A stretch of DNA of 64,000 bases, from IMG/VR virus record IMGVR_UViG_3300023276_000007, positions 42,766-106,765 of that record, one strand, 5' to 3'. The position numbers and the translations under genes are program-made. The notes under the pieces were generated by a model that was not told the origin of the DNA, ran no database searches, and worked only from the letters and a program-made list of their open reading frames with translations. Position 1 is the first letter of the stretch; every line of letters begins with the position of its first letter. Source of the DNA: a virus. Below, piece by piece: positions 10,436 to 21,415 of the stretch.

Positions 10436-12296
10436 TTTTGTTGTTGAGAACCTTCAAGAAATGTATGAACTATCCTTGTCCGCCTCAGGAGACACCTCCG
10501 AGGTTACAGACGAGGCGCTAACTTATATGCGTAACGAGGTTGGTCCATATACTAATATAGACGGCTGGTCAGTACCAGTAGTTCCTATAGCTACAGCCCG
10601 TAGCCTTTTTGCTAGTGGGTCGGCAGTACCAGGCGTGGCTGTCAACGGAAGTGCGGGAACCCCAAAGAATAGCTCGGATTCCCAGAGTGGGTCTGAGAAC
10701 AATGAAGCTAGCGATGATGTGTTCCAGTTCTTTAAAGAAAGTGCGGGAGACAACATAACGGTAACTATAGATGGAGACGACTACCCAGTAGCTGCTGTAG
10801 AGATGATTGCCACGCATAACGCCATACCATACTTTGTTTTAGTTATCGATGGCAAGCCTGTCAGCGGGTCTGACACAGGCAGCATAAGAAAACCCGACCT
10901 AGCAGAGATCCAAGAGGTGCGAGCATCTTTAAGTAAGTATATCTATGACTATGAGCAGCCAGTATCCTTTAAGTTACAAGAGGGTAACCTCAACGGTGTT
11001 ACCCAGACTATGGAAGTTAAGGAGTGGATAATCTCTGGAGTAGGTAGTACTCAGATGGGAGCTTCTGGTGGCTATGCTATCAGTATAACAGTTAGTCATC
11101 CACTTATCATGGCAGACGTCACCCATACGAACCTCTTCAATGCTAAGGACGTCAAAGAACCAGCTAAGATAGATGGCGGCTCTAACATTAAAGATAAAGT
11201 AGTTAAGACTCTAGAAAAATACCTAGAGACTGTAGGTAGTGACGTCTTGTCTGTAAAAGGCATAGAAAAGGCTGATTGGGAAAAGCTTAAAGGAAGAGTT
11301 AAAAGAGCGGTGTCTGCTCTAGACGATAAACTTGAATGGAATAATAAAGGCGGAGACGACCTGCCATTCTTTAAAGGGTCAGAGATAGACCTTACAGAAA
11401 AGCTTAGTAAGTACTTCGATACTGCCATCTGGCATGAGGTATTCAAGGCGACAGAGGGTAACCACAGTCCGTTAAACACTATAAAGGCTTTTACACAAGG
11501 ACTTTACGGAGTAGGTATGGATGGTGGGTTTAATGATAAGCCTGTAATGCTTTCTCCTGAGGTACCATGGGGATTAGCTACTGCGACTATTTATGATGAT
11601 GAGATAGCTCAGATATCCTTACCAGCGATAGACGACCTACCGCTTGCTGGTTTAGTAATACCATACCCATCTAAGAAGGATGGAGCTACTTGGGACGTAG
11701 AAGCTCCTGGCCCTGACGGAGAGAACGAAAAAAGAAAAGATTCATGCGCGTTCTATATTGACCCAGCACTAGAAGGCCAAGTAGGTGCAATACCTTATGA
11801 CTCCTTGCCAGGATGGTTACTATCTTACCCAGAGTTTGCAGTACAGGACTACGATAGATTTGACCCAGCAGACAGGAAGAATTATAGCATAGAGGCTCCT
11901 ATCAGTACTGGAGACACCGATGATATTGCTGAGGACTTTGAGAAGGCTGCAAAAGTATGGGCCTTGAATAGGTTTAGAGAATACTTCGGAGTAGGCAAGA
12001 CCTGCAACATAAGCACCAAGCTAAACATCGGAACTGAGTGGTCTAGCATCTATACTGGCGACAATGTAGAAGTTAAGAGTAGGCAGACAGGTAAAGCGTT
12101 ATTCTACTTTAATGTTAAGGCTATTAAGCATATTGTATCACCAAGTTCTAGTAAGGCCGGAACAGAATACTATGGTACACATGTAAGGCCACCAGAAGGA
12201 TACCCGTCTGCTAAGATCACAGCAGGAGATGTCTCAGGAGGTATTCCTAACCTTCTATATAATGCTATAGCTAAATTTAATGTATCTGGAGATTAA
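10428..12296 (+). CDS. Baseplate hub protein (gp27/gp44-like)
   Basis: ATG 10428 with AAGGA SD. The C-terminal …GDNVEVKS…FYFNVKAIKHIVS…GTEY barrel pattern is typical of hub proteins. Confidence 0.5.
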   Translation: MADFVVENLQEMYELSLSASGDTSEVTDEALTYMRNEVGPYTNIDGWSVPVVPIATARSLFASGSAVPGVAVNGSAGTPKNSSDSQSGSENNEASDDVFQFFKESAGDNITVTIDGDDYPVAAVEMIATHNAIPYFVLVIDGKPVSGSDTGSIRKPDLAEIQEVRASLSKYIYDYEQPVSFKLQEGNLNGVTQTMEVKEWIISGVGSTQMGASGGYAISITVSHPLIMADVTHTNLFNAKDVKEPAKIDGGSNIKDKVVKTLEKYLETVGSDVLSVKGIEKADWEKLKGRVKRAVSALDDKLEWNNKGGDDLPFFKGSEIDLTEKLSKYFDTAIWHEVFKATEGNHSPLNTIKAFTQGLYGVGMDGGFNDKPVMLSPEVPWGLATATIYDDEIAQISLPAIDDLPLAGLVIPYPSKKDGATWDVEAPGPDGENEKRKDSCAFYIDPALEGQVGAIPYDSLPGWLLSYPEFAVQDYDRFDPADRKNYSIEAPISTGDTDDIAEDFEKAAKVWALNRFREYFGVGKTCNISTKLNIGTEWSSIYTGDNVEVKSRQTGKALFYFNVKAIKHIVSPSSSKAGTEYYGTHVRPPEGYPSAKITAGDVSGGIPNLLYNAIAKFNVSGD

Positions 12297-12298
12297 TA

Positions 12299-13009
12299 AT
12301 GAGTGAAGTTGATAATGCGTATGCGACATGGCTAGAAGATCCAAACCCAAGGTCAATGGCTGCAATTATAAAGGCGTTGAGTCCAGCTGTTAACTCTGAG
12401 ATCCAACAGTTCAGCGGACCTAAACAATTACTAAGACAACGTGCTAAACTACTTACAATCAAAGCAGTTAAGAACTATGACCCCACGTCTAAGGCAAAAC
12501 TTAAGTCTTGGGTCGTCACTAACATGCAGCCTCTTAAGCGATATAACCGCGAACTAGGTAACGCTGTCCACGTACCCGAGCAAGCACAGCAGCAGGCAGC
12601 CCTTCTTAACAGAAGAGTTGAGGAGATCAAAGCGGAAACAGGCGAAGAGCCTAATGACGGTCAACTGGCCGACGAGATAGGAATATCTACCGATCGAGTT
12701 AAAAACCTTAGAGCTATGTCTAAAGCCGTTGTTTATGAAGGCACGGTCAAAACAGATGCAGAGACAAACGTTTCAGACCTTGCAGTAGATAGCGGCAGGG
12801 ACGGACGTATAGACGCAGCCGTCGATACTGTGTACAATTCCTTAGACTCAAGAGACCAGATGATCTACGACCTAAAGACCGGTATAAACGCCGCTCCTGC
12901 GTTGGATAACCAAGGCGTAGCCAAGAGGTTAGGAGTGAGTCCTGGGCTGGTAAGTCAGCGTAGTGCTGATATAAGTAATAGGATACTGGAGGCAAGAGAT
13001 CGTGTCTGA
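12299..13009 (+). CDS. RNA polymerase sigma factor, sigma-70 family (FliA/SigF-like group 3)
   Basis: Region 2 (KAVKNYDPTSKAKLKSW), region 3 (GEEPNDGQLADEIGISTDRV) and region 4 HTH (SLDSRDQMIY…VAKRLGVSPGLVSQR). Confidence 0.85.
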   Translation: MSEVDNAYATWLEDPNPRSMAAIIKALSPAVNSEIQQFSGPKQLLRQRAKLLTIKAVKNYDPTSKAKLKSWVVTNMQPLKRYNRELGNAVHVPEQAQQQAALLNRRVEEIKAETGEEPNDGQLADEIGISTDRVKNLRAMSKAVVYEGTVKTDAETNVSDLAVDSGRDGRIDAAVDTVYNSLDSRDQMIYDLKTGINAAPALDNQGVAKRLGVSPGLVSQRSADISNRILEARDRV

Positions 13010-13418
13010 GATTAAGGATGTAGTAAAGTGGTTAAAGAAAGTCCATGAAGACAATGCCGACGCAGCTATGAATAAGTCTGTTAAGCGTTGGTCTACTAGT
13101 GACTACGATAGCTATTCTGCGTTACTTAACGAAGTGGCCGACTCTGATGACCTTAGTGAGAAACTTGCAAAGAGCATTACAGAAGCCATCGATGGTAGCG
13201 GCGGCAGAGACTTCGCCAAGAATAATGCACAAGAACTGTCTCTCCAAGTTGTTAATGCTATCAAAGGATCTTTACGACGTAAGTTTGTACACGATACAGA
13301 AGATAAAGAGTTTGCCAGCATAAATTTTCAAAGGTATGCTGTAAACGAGCGTAAGGAAGCTGTAGTTATTTTAGAAAGATTAGAAGCATGGGCTGAGCAG
13401 GCTCTCGGAGGTGGCTAA
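13002..13418 (+). CDS. Hypothetical protein
   Basis: Overlap-coupled ORF between the sigma factor and the gp25-like gene. Confidence 0.5.
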   Translation: MSEIKDVVKWLKKVHEDNADAAMNKSVKRWSTSDYDSYSALLNEVADSDDLSEKLAKSITEAIDGSGGRDFAKNNAQELSLQVVNAIKGSLRRKFVHDTEDKEFASINFQRYAVNERKEAVVILERLEAWAEQALGGG

Positions 13419-13906
13419 TGCCCGTTGCTATTACGACAGACTATAGTGGAAGAACCGTAGATCTAGAATCTTTACAGACCGCAGACGGAACTGTAGGGGT
13501 TAGGGAGCTAAGTCTTTCTGTTAGAGACAATAACCTTTCTAGGAGAATCACTGGTATCCAGAAACTTGCACAGCGGTATGCTACCTTATTCCTCACACAA
13601 AAAGGTTCTGTAGGCTTCTCAGCAGGGCAGGGTTCTGACTTTATAGAACCAGCGACGACAGGGCAGATAGCCAATGGCGCGAACTTAACACATTTTTTTA
13701 ACATAGCTAACTTTCAAACAACGAGGCAGATGCGGCTAGACGACGTTGATCCAGCTTTTGGTGACACGCCTCCAGATGATGAGCGTATACAAACTGCAAC
13801 CCTCATTGACTTTGAAGTCGATAAATTCCAAGGACGAATTTACCTTAAGGTTAGATTAACAAGTTTGGCTGGAGACGATTATGTATACGTTCTCCCTGCT
13901 ATTTAA
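13418..13906 (+). CDS. Baseplate wedge/sheath initiator, gp25/GPW-like
   Basis: ITGIQKLAQR…FLTQKGS…DERIQ…IYLKVRL pattern; directly precedes the J-like gene. Confidence 0.7.
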   Translation: MPVAITTDYSGRTVDLESLQTADGTVGVRELSLSVRDNNLSRRITGIQKLAQRYATLFLTQKGSVGFSAGQGSDFIEPATTGQIANGANLTHFFNIANFQTTRQMRLDDVDPAFGDTPPDDERIQTATLIDFEVDKFQGRIYLKVRLTSLAGDDYVYVLPAI

Positions 13907-13917
13907 GGAGGCCTGAT

Positions 13918-15582
13918 ATGGCAATAGATAGAAATTTAAGCGACGTCAATCAAGATGACTTCGATGCTGCAGAAGCTAAACTCATCGCAGCTATAAGGGA
14001 ATATAACCCCTCAGTAGACTTAAGAGTAGGTACTGCCCTGCGTGATTTATTAGTGAGACAATCGTCTCTACTTAACGCTTATAATGAGAAACTTAACGAA
14101 GACCTGCGTAACAGTCAGTCTTTACTAGCGGTTAGTGAGAACCCAGACTTAGCAGATGATGATGTAATTGCTGGAATACTTTCTAACATCAATGTAGTCC
14201 GACGAGATGGATCACCTGCGTCTGGGTTGGTAATTGTTACAGTACCTAACGAAGAGCGGTTTATTGTTCCAGAGGGATACACCTTTACTACTTCAGGCGG
14301 GGTTGCGTATGCTACTACTCAAGCCTACAGAGCTAGACCCTCTGCAGTATTTACTGCCGGACTAGACGAGTTATTAATAACAGCACACACTACTGACGCA
14401 CTGTTGGGGAGCTTCTATGTTATAATACCTGTAGTCGCCACCACCACAGGTTCTAACACTAATATAAGTTCTGGCATAGCCATGACAGTGACAGAAGCTC
14501 TCGTAGTAGGGCTTACCAGTCAAGAGTCATATAACAACTTCACAGGCGGAGCTGATCAAGAGTCTATTGATGAACTCTTGGCCCGAGTACCGACAGCCCT
14601 AGGGCAGAAGTCCATGGAGTCGCAACAGTCGATAGGCTCAGTTCTTCAAGGACAATTCCCGTCTGTCAGGGAGGTATCTGCAGTAGGCTTTGGTTTCGAA
14701 GCCCAACTTAGAGACAAACATAATATCTTCGGATCTGCTATGGGTGGCAAGGTTGATATCTATGTAAGACCATCTACAGCTCCAGAGACTCTCACAATAC
14801 TAGCTACGGCTACTAAAGTTTCAGATGGTGTTTATAGCGTAACACTTACACCAGATGTTGCAGCAGGTATACAATTTATAAGATCTGTAACGTCACCAGA
14901 TGTTATTACCCCGGCAACCCCTTTAACAGACCAGCTACCTGTAATCGGTTCTTACCCATTTACATTCAGCAGAGGTTCTGCCGGTATGGATAGCAGCTAC
15001 CACGACTTTGACGTTAATAACCTTTCTGTAGAAACGGCATATAGCGCCTATCAGACTGTGACTCTAGTCGTTACCGATATACCAGCCATAGTCGAAGACG
15101 GTCAGTCAGTATGGCCAGATACCTTGACTCTTAAGGTCGAAGCATACGTTGCTAAGCTTATTAGAGAGATACAGTCCTATGTAGACAGTGAAGTAGTTAG
15201 AAACTTGAAAGCCGATCATGTAGTACGTTCTTTCGTACCAGTGATGGTATCGTTAACAGCTACACTCAATGAATCCCCAGGAGAGACTCTGGACACGACT
15301 GCGATAAGACAGGCGGTTGTGGACTACATTAATTCTAAAACATTTGGAGAGATTGTCACACCATCACAGATTGATAGTGTGTTACACACCTTTCCTATCG
15401 TTACCGTTAAAAGCCTAGAGCTGTCCGCCGTGACTGTAGACGCTGCTAATAACATCATACCTATTGCAGGGCCTACTCTAGATATTAGTGATGTATCGGT
15501 TCCGGAATATTTGTTAAACGGTACGACTGCTATGTTCAGCGCGGACATACGGGATATATTCATTACCACAACGGAGTCTTAA
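13918..15582 (+). CDS. Baseplate J-like wedge protein
   Basis: GTALRDLL, RRDGSPASGLV and FTGGADQESIDELLAR motifs typical of Baseplate_J. Confidence 0.85.
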   Translation: MAIDRNLSDVNQDDFDAAEAKLIAAIREYNPSVDLRVGTALRDLLVRQSSLLNAYNEKLNEDLRNSQSLLAVSENPDLADDDVIAGILSNINVVRRDGSPASGLVIVTVPNEERFIVPEGYTFTTSGGVAYATTQAYRARPSAVFTAGLDELLITAHTTDALLGSFYVIIPVVATTTGSNTNISSGIAMTVTEALVVGLTSQESYNNFTGGADQESIDELLARVPTALGQKSMESQQSIGSVLQGQFPSVREVSAVGFGFEAQLRDKHNIFGSAMGGKVDIYVRPSTAPETLTILATATKVSDGVYSVTLTPDVAAGIQFIRSVTSPDVITPATPLTDQLPVIGSYPFTFSRGSAGMDSSYHDFDVNNLSVETAYSAYQTVTLVVTDIPAIVEDGQSVWPDTLTLKVEAYVAKLIREIQSYVDSEVVRNLKADHVVRSFVPVMVSLTATLNESPGETLDTTAIRQAVVDYINSKTFGEIVTPSQIDSVLHTFPIVTVKSLELSAVTVDAANNIIPIAGPTLDISDVSVPEYLLNGTTAMFSADIRDIFITTTES

Positions 15583-15585
15583 TAA

Positions 15586-17226
15586 ATGAAATCAGTTCCT
15601 TCAGATAATGCACAGCCTTATGGCACGACGCTGTTCAATCTCTTAGGAGATTACTGGACACGTTTGTATGCTGATTCAGAACTGTTAGCTAAGTTTAGCA
15701 ATGGTAATGGATTAGCAGCTGCTCAAACCTACCTTGATTTCGTAGAGACAGTGCTATGCCTAGACAGGCAAAACATGCCAGCGTACCATAGGGAGATGTT
15801 TATACCTATCGTCATCAAGGCTTCCGAAGTTAACACAGGCGTTGCGCTTAAGATAGGTCAGCAGCCAGTAGTAGGTATCGGACCACAACTAGACGGAGAT
15901 TATACTGGCGGTGACATATTTAAGGTGGGTGGTAACGCAGCCCTTAAGGACACACTATCTTATGTCATCAACACAAATGTTCCTTTCGACAAGGGTATCG
16001 ACTCTATAAGCAATAAATTATTTAGCGCAGAAGCTACACTTGTTTCAGGTAAAGACTTCTATGTAGAAGGTAGCGTTTTATTCATTGATAAGACTAAAGA
16101 CCCGTTCAAGTCTGATAGGTATATGGTGAGAGAGGTTAGTGGTGCTAACGGCACTAAAGACTACGAGATTCTTCTGTGGGGCTCTAATGCCTTGGTAGAT
16201 GATGACTTTACCCACACTCATTATGGCTACCCTCTTGGTAGGTATGATAAGGACCCAGAAATATACCGTAAGCAAATAAACGCTCTGTGGGATTTACAAT
16301 TTGTAGGCTTTGACATCCAAGTGGTTAAGAGAGCCTTAGCCACCTTGATTAACGTACCAAGTATTAACGAAGACGGTGAAGTTGTTGAAACTATCGTCGG
16401 AGGTCAGGATGGTGAGAGTTACGTCGTTACAGACAAGCATTCCTACTTAGTAGAGCTTCCAGACACGATCATGCCACATATAATACCAGGAGCAGTTCTT
16501 CTTAAAGGTGACTACCTTACGGACGCACTCAAGGTTTATTGGAACCTGGATACAACTAAGTTCGTCTACCCACCAAATGACAAGATCACGTTATCAAGCT
16601 TTGTAGCAGATGTACCATCACTGCACCTACCTAAAGGCGTAGCCGGTAACTACTCTGCAGACTCCGGTATCATCGTGGATTGGGCAGACAGCCCTATAAC
16701 CTATGAAGGTCTTGATGAAAATGGTAATTGGAAGATAAGGTTTGACCTCCAAGCTAACTTTGGTAAGTCAGACATCTTCTGGCAGGAGATATGGGATAGA
16801 GCAGAGGCTAACAGCACAGACCTAGCCGAAGTATTTGCAGAGTTCATAACAGGACCTGCTGGTAATGTAGGTAGCGTTGTTGGCTCTATTAATCCATTAA
16901 AGTATTACATGGATAACTTCCTAAAAGCCAATGCCTCAATTGTTACTATAAACTTCAATTCCCTACCAAGTAGTATAACTTCTTTACGAGCATTAACGAG
17001 GTTGAAGAGTATAGTACCTGCTCATACATTACTATTACTGATTGGAAGACTGGCTATTACTGAGCTACCTTATGACTTAAGCGATAGTAGTCAGGATGTT
17101 ATAAATTATTATGATGCTTTTATTGTAGAGGATGAAGGTAACATACACGGTGCTGTTAGTAGTGACACGAACCTGACGTACAGAGACGCTAACTTAAAAA
17201 CTAAATGGATAAGACGATGCAGCTAA
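15586..17226 (+). CDS. Baseplate wedge protein (gpI/gp7-like)
   Basis: Follows the J-like gene; contains YRKQINALW and the C-terminal LKSIVPAHT motif of gpI-type wedge proteins. Confidence 0.65.
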   Translation: MKSVPSDNAQPYGTTLFNLLGDYWTRLYADSELLAKFSNGNGLAAAQTYLDFVETVLCLDRQNMPAYHREMFIPIVIKASEVNTGVALKIGQQPVVGIGPQLDGDYTGGDIFKVGGNAALKDTLSYVINTNVPFDKGIDSISNKLFSAEATLVSGKDFYVEGSVLFIDKTKDPFKSDRYMVREVSGANGTKDYEILLWGSNALVDDDFTHTHYGYPLGRYDKDPEIYRKQINALWDLQFVGFDIQVVKRALATLINVPSINEDGEVVETIVGGQDGESYVVTDKHSYLVELPDTIMPHIIPGAVLLKGDYLTDALKVYWNLDTTKFVYPPNDKITLSSFVADVPSLHLPKGVAGNYSADSGIIVDWADSPITYEGLDENGNWKIRFDLQANFGKSDIFWQEIWDRAEANSTDLAEVFAEFITGPAGNVGSVVGSINPLKYYMDNFLKANASIVTINFNSLPSSITSLRALTRLKSIVPAHTLLLLIGRLAITELPYDLSDSSQDVINYYDAFIVEDEGNIHGAVSSDTNLTYRDANLKTKWIRRCS

Positions 17227-17825
17227 AGGAATCATACTTAGGAACTCAGGGGCGTATAAAAGCTTCATGGGTTAAGAATAAGGTCGTAGACAAAGACCCG
17301 GCCTACAATGGTAAAAACATTTTCACATTTAATGGAGCAGACGTATTAGCTAAGCTAATCGGCGGAGATACTACCTTTGTTCCAAATCAGCTAGGCTTCA
17401 TCTACGGACCACAAGCCGGCGCGATGGCAAACCCTTCAGCCACTAGACAGCATACCTGGGATAGCATTGCTTCCGACGTTGCTGCCTTAGGTGGTAATAT
17501 GATCCTAAGCCCTATAAGTAGCTGCCCCTCTTTCCGGGTCGACGGCGATGCTACTCGTTACAATCATAACGTAGTGACTCTCAACGCTATCAGTGACCCT
17601 ACAGCTAACCTTGTGTTCTCCGGAGGCTCTTATGCAACACAGCCACCACAGAACCCCGATGATAGATTTTTTCAGGTAGTCCTTATCTCAGCCGTTAAGA
17701 AGCTTGGTTCAACTACCCCAACATACGTTCCGCTGGCCAGAGCACAGCTTGATGCAGGAACCAGTGGCTTACTGGTGCAGCAGCAGTCAGACTTGGCAGT
17801 ATTTTGGGACTTAATATTTAGATAA
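17217..17825 (+). CDS. Baseplate/fibre attachment protein
   Basis: KNIFTFNGADVLAKLIGG…LAR…VFWDLIF pattern of tail-collar-type proteins; position after the wedge. Start is 17205 or 17217. Confidence 0.45.
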   Translation: MQLKESYLGTQGRIKASWVKNKVVDKDPAYNGKNIFTFNGADVLAKLIGGDTTFVPNQLGFIYGPQAGAMANPSATRQHTWDSIASDVAALGGNMILSPISSCPSFRVDGDATRYNHNVVTLNAISDPTANLVFSGGSYATQPPQNPDDRFFQVVLISAVKKLGSTTPTYVPLARAQLDAGTSGLLVQQQSDLAVFWDLIFR

Positions 17826-17837
17826 TGGAGTAACGAC

Positions 17838-20519
17838 ATGCCTACATTTCCAGCCGTAGATGGTTATAAAAATGAAGAAGACGTCGAAGAGGATATCCTC
17901 AATCGACCTATATTAGCCCTTAAAGAGCGCACAGAGTTCCTTAGACAACAACTAGAGAACTTAGCAGGGCAGCAGGCCTTTGAGTCTGTAAGAATAACAG
18001 ACGTAGACTTAAACACTGAAGTACCTCCCGTAGTGTACGATTTTGTATTTGTAGAGCAGGGTAACACCTTCTCTAAGGCGATTGCCGCTTCGTCACAAAA
18101 TTTCTTAACACCTTATCAGATGGCAGAAGATTCTGCATTTGCTGTAGGTATCCTGACCAGCATCTCTGGTGCAGGTAAAGGAACAGTTGCCTTATATGGT
18201 AAACTAGACCTGCCTTCTAATGTTGATGTTAACACACTTCTTGAAAGCGGCGAAAGCTTCCGACCAGGACCATATTACCTCTCGACTAGCGAAGAAGGTA
18301 AACTTACTGCTACACCGAAAGGCCCGGCAGTCTATGTTGGCTTTATTATAGATGATACCGCAGACACCTCTATATCTGCGACTATCATGTTAGCACCTCA
18401 GTATAAAGATTTATGGCAGGCCCACTCACATTTTAAATTTGTCTTATCCGACAATGTGGCTGGCCGTCATGTACGAACAGGTGTTGACGTTGATGATGCA
18501 CATGGTATCGCACCATTCCAGACAGATACTCCTAATGACTTAGGTTGTTTCATTCTAGGTGGTTATACCGCCGATGAGTCTGGTGTAGCTCCTGTGTACA
18601 CTTTGGTTCTAGAAGGTACTGACTTTGATGACATGGTTCTCAAGTGGTCTACCGATGACGGGTCTGATGACGGACTAGCAGGCCAGGCTGATCCTAAGTA
18701 CGGTGCAAACACTGGGGTAAGAATTACTTCACTGTATAGACCCGTTAGCTTTGGTAGCTTTGGTTTCCAGTTTGTGCTACATGCAGACTTAGATCCATTA
18801 AGTATGCCAGCAGTGCCGTCACAGCCGTGGGTTCCACCTTTGACAGCTACCGCAGCAGAACGTACATGGACACTTACATTACCAGATGACGCCAAAGGTT
18901 GGCTTCCTCGTATGCACTATTCCGAAGGTGTCAGCACTACTGGTGATCTTCCATTTGCTATCTTCGGGTACAATTACGATAACACCGCCAACGAGACAGC
19001 TCCTACATTCTCTTTAGAAGTGACTGTAGCAGGTGATGTCGATACAGGTGGCCCTTTTCCTGATGTCGAGGTATTCGATAGTGCAGGTACTTCACTAGCT
19101 ACACTCTCTGCAGTGTCAGGCAACAGCTTTATCCCAATAGCGGATGGCTTGTTCCTATATATCCCGCTATTTACCTCCGCTGGTGCCGCAGCAACGTCTG
19201 CGTTAGCTCTAGCCGAGACTTGGGACTTTTCTTTGGAAGATAGAGTGCCTCAAAGCTTATTTGAGTACGCTATCGACATGGATAAGTCTTTAACGGCCTA
19301 TTACCCACCATCGCCAGTTAGTTCTGTAGTTATGGAGCTTAATGGCCTAACTATGAGCCAACGTGGTGAATTTGAGGCTGGAAAAGGCCTATATACCCCA
19401 GATGTTGCTACTTTATACTGGTTTGCCGATACTTTCGGCGGAACGCCTTGGAATAGGGATATACAGTTTGAAGTTACCCCTGACGCCCGCTTTGACGCCG
19501 ATGTTGCTATTTATATGACCAAAATGGCTCTAAATGCTGCTGGTATCGTTAATTCTATAAAAGTAGAAGAAGGTGCGCCCCTAACTATCGTTGACTGCCA
19601 CACAGGACTACCTGCGTCTACAGGCGACCTTTTAATCAAGGCTGCGTTCAACTTCTCTATCTTAGAAGGTAACTTAGGCGGATTTAAGACTGTTAAAGGT
19701 GTAGATGCGGAAGGTAACTTCCTAACTGGCCCTGTAGTTGAGAAACTAGTAGCAGGTCCTAATATCCTTATAGAAGGAGATACTTCTGCCCCTGGGCAAG
19801 GTATTGTTAGAGTTTCCGCTATCATAGAAGGTTCTAACCGAGGGCAGTTCCACGACGTAAGCCTGTTGAACGCTAAGTACGAAAGACTTAGAGACAGGTT
19901 ATTCACATTCTTAAAGCTACTCGCATGGGACAGTCAGTCTGTTAACAATGTAGAGACAGGCTTTACGATGCAGTTCCGGGTTCCCGACTATTTGACCAGT
20001 AACTATAAAGTAAGCATGTACCTCACAACGTTTGGCCTAGCCGATGTTGCAGCAGGCGGTGTTAATAACGGTAGAAAGTACGCCGGCCTTAACATCAGCT
20101 ATAACGTAGTTCCTGACCTTACCAACGTTAATGGTAATGGAGTCTTTGCCTTTGTAGGTAGAAACCTTGTAGATGCAGGAGCTTCCGGAATACTTACAGG
20201 AGAAGTCGATGCCGACATCGTCTTAGGTGCCGACGGCTCAGACTACACAGCATATGACCCACTTCTCGTTACAAGCGATCCATCTATCTCTCCGATACCA
20301 GGGCAGGTAGTTCTTCCTGGAGGTCTCTCACAGATTCCTTTCCCAGGCGGAGACATAGCACATGTTACTGCTGGAGACATTGTCACAATCAAAGTGTCAA
20401 GAACTTCTCCTGTGACAAACATCGGCTCAAGCCCTGTAGCGGGAACTGATTATGAGTATACTGATGAGATCGGTTTCCTTAATCTTGACTGGAAATTAAC
20501 TGACGTAGGCACTGTCTAA
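17838..20519 (+). CDS. Tail fibre/baseplate appendage protein
   Basis: N-terminal fibre-anchoring motif ILNRPILALKERTEFL; acidic and beta-rich. Confidence 0.55.
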   Translation: MPTFPAVDGYKNEEDVEEDILNRPILALKERTEFLRQQLENLAGQQAFESVRITDVDLNTEVPPVVYDFVFVEQGNTFSKAIAASSQNFLTPYQMAEDSAFAVGILTSISGAGKGTVALYGKLDLPSNVDVNTLLESGESFRPGPYYLSTSEEGKLTATPKGPAVYVGFIIDDTADTSISATIMLAPQYKDLWQAHSHFKFVLSDNVAGRHVRTGVDVDDAHGIAPFQTDTPNDLGCFILGGYTADESGVAPVYTLVLEGTDFDDMVLKWSTDDGSDDGLAGQADPKYGANTGVRITSLYRPVSFGSFGFQFVLHADLDPLSMPAVPSQPWVPPLTATAAERTWTLTLPDDAKGWLPRMHYSEGVSTTGDLPFAIFGYNYDNTANETAPTFSLEVTVAGDVDTGGPFPDVEVFDSAGTSLATLSAVSGNSFIPIADGLFLYIPLFTSAGAAATSALALAETWDFSLEDRVPQSLFEYAIDMDKSLTAYYPPSPVSSVVMELNGLTMSQRGEFEAGKGLYTPDVATLYWFADTFGGTPWNRDIQFEVTPDARFDADVAIYMTKMALNAAGIVNSIKVEEGAPLTIVDCHTGLPASTGDLLIKAAFNFSILEGNLGGFKTVKGVDAEGNFLTGPVVEKLVAGPNILIEGDTSAPGQGIVRVSAIIEGSNRGQFHDVSLLNAKYERLRDRLFTFLKLLAWDSQSVNNVETGFTMQFRVPDYLTSNYKVSMYLTTFGLADVAAGGVNNGRKYAGLNISYNVVPDLTNVNGNGVFAFVGRNLVDAGASGILTGEVDADIVLGADGSDYTAYDPLLVTSDPSISPIPGQVVLPGGLSQIPFPGGDIAHVTAGDIVTIKVSRTSPVTNIGSSPVAGTDYEYTDEIGFLNLDWKLTDVGTV

Positions 20520-21415
20520 TGAGTAACGTACTTGAATGGCTAAATGAGAACTCCTTAAGAGCTTACCCTTTTAAGGAAGATACCTCGCGCTCCGATGGTA
20601 CGCATGTTATCCCTAACGACCTTATAGTTGATATGGCCTTCGTCGTACCCGTTGCTACCACAGACACGTTCTACCTTAAAACTTTAATGATATCAGGAAC
20701 ACAGATTACAGGTGTTCTTGCTAATCAAAACGAGAATAACGTAGGAACGTTCTCAGTACCTGTAACTTCTCATAAAGAGAATGACGGCTACGAGATAGTA
20801 GGCGCTGGTACATACACGGATGCCAGAGGTAGAGTTGTTGTAGGAGACCTTACGGATCTTGCTATAAAACTTCCAGAAGGTGTTTATAACTATGAAGTAG
20901 AAGCTACAGCCTTTGAGCTTTCTGCTATCCGACCTGACCTTCGTAAGCTTAGGGGTATAAAGATAGAAAAGGCCGATGGGTCTGTATCCGACTTATTAAC
21001 CGGTATAGTGACTCTGGTGTCAGGAACAAACGTAACTTTAGAAAACCCTTCAGCAGGTCTTGTAAGAATCAATGCTATTGGTAACGAAGACTATATAGAA
21101 GACTGTGGAGATTGCCTTAACGGATTCTCTATACCTGACCCGATAAGAACTATTAACGGAGTGGGTGGAGACGAAACTGGCAATCTAAATTTAATCTCTA
21201 CGGAGCAGTGTTTAGTAATAACCCCAGACGCATCAAACTTTGCAGTTAATCTTGCAGATACTTGTGCGCAGCCTTGTTGTGGCTGTACGGAGTTGGAATT
21301 CTTAACGACGTCATTGTCTACATTGAGAGATAGCCTCTCTAGACTTGATAACCTGTCCCAAGAGTTACAAGGTAGACAAACGGAGTTTTTCCAGAACGTA
21401 CTAAGCTCACTATGA
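20519..21415 (+). CDS. Cys-rich fibre paralogue 1
   Basis: N-motif EWLNENSLRAYPFKED, IRTINGVGGDETGN, CAQPCCGC, C-terminal coiled coil. Confidence 0.6.
   Translation: MSNVLEWLNENSLRAYPFKEDTSRSDGTHVIPNDLIVDMAFVVPVATTDTFYLKTLMISGTQITGVLANQNENNVGTFSVPVTSHKENDGYEIVGAGTYTDARGRVVVGDLTDLAIKLPEGVYNYEVEATAFELSAIRPDLRKLRGIKIEKADGSVSDLLTGIVTLVSGTNVTLENPSAGLVRINAIGNEDYIEDCGDCLNGFSIPDPIRTINGVGGDETGNLNLISTEQCLVITPDASNFAVNLADTCAQPCCGCTELEFLTTSLSTLRDSLSRLDNLSQELQGRQTEFFQNVLSSL

Noticed and set aside
1-20519. Bacterial extracellular contractile injection system or tailocin instead of a phage
   Set aside because: The region is continuous with phage-type DNA metabolism and small early genes (SbcCD, DUF932), and no host housekeeping genes are present.
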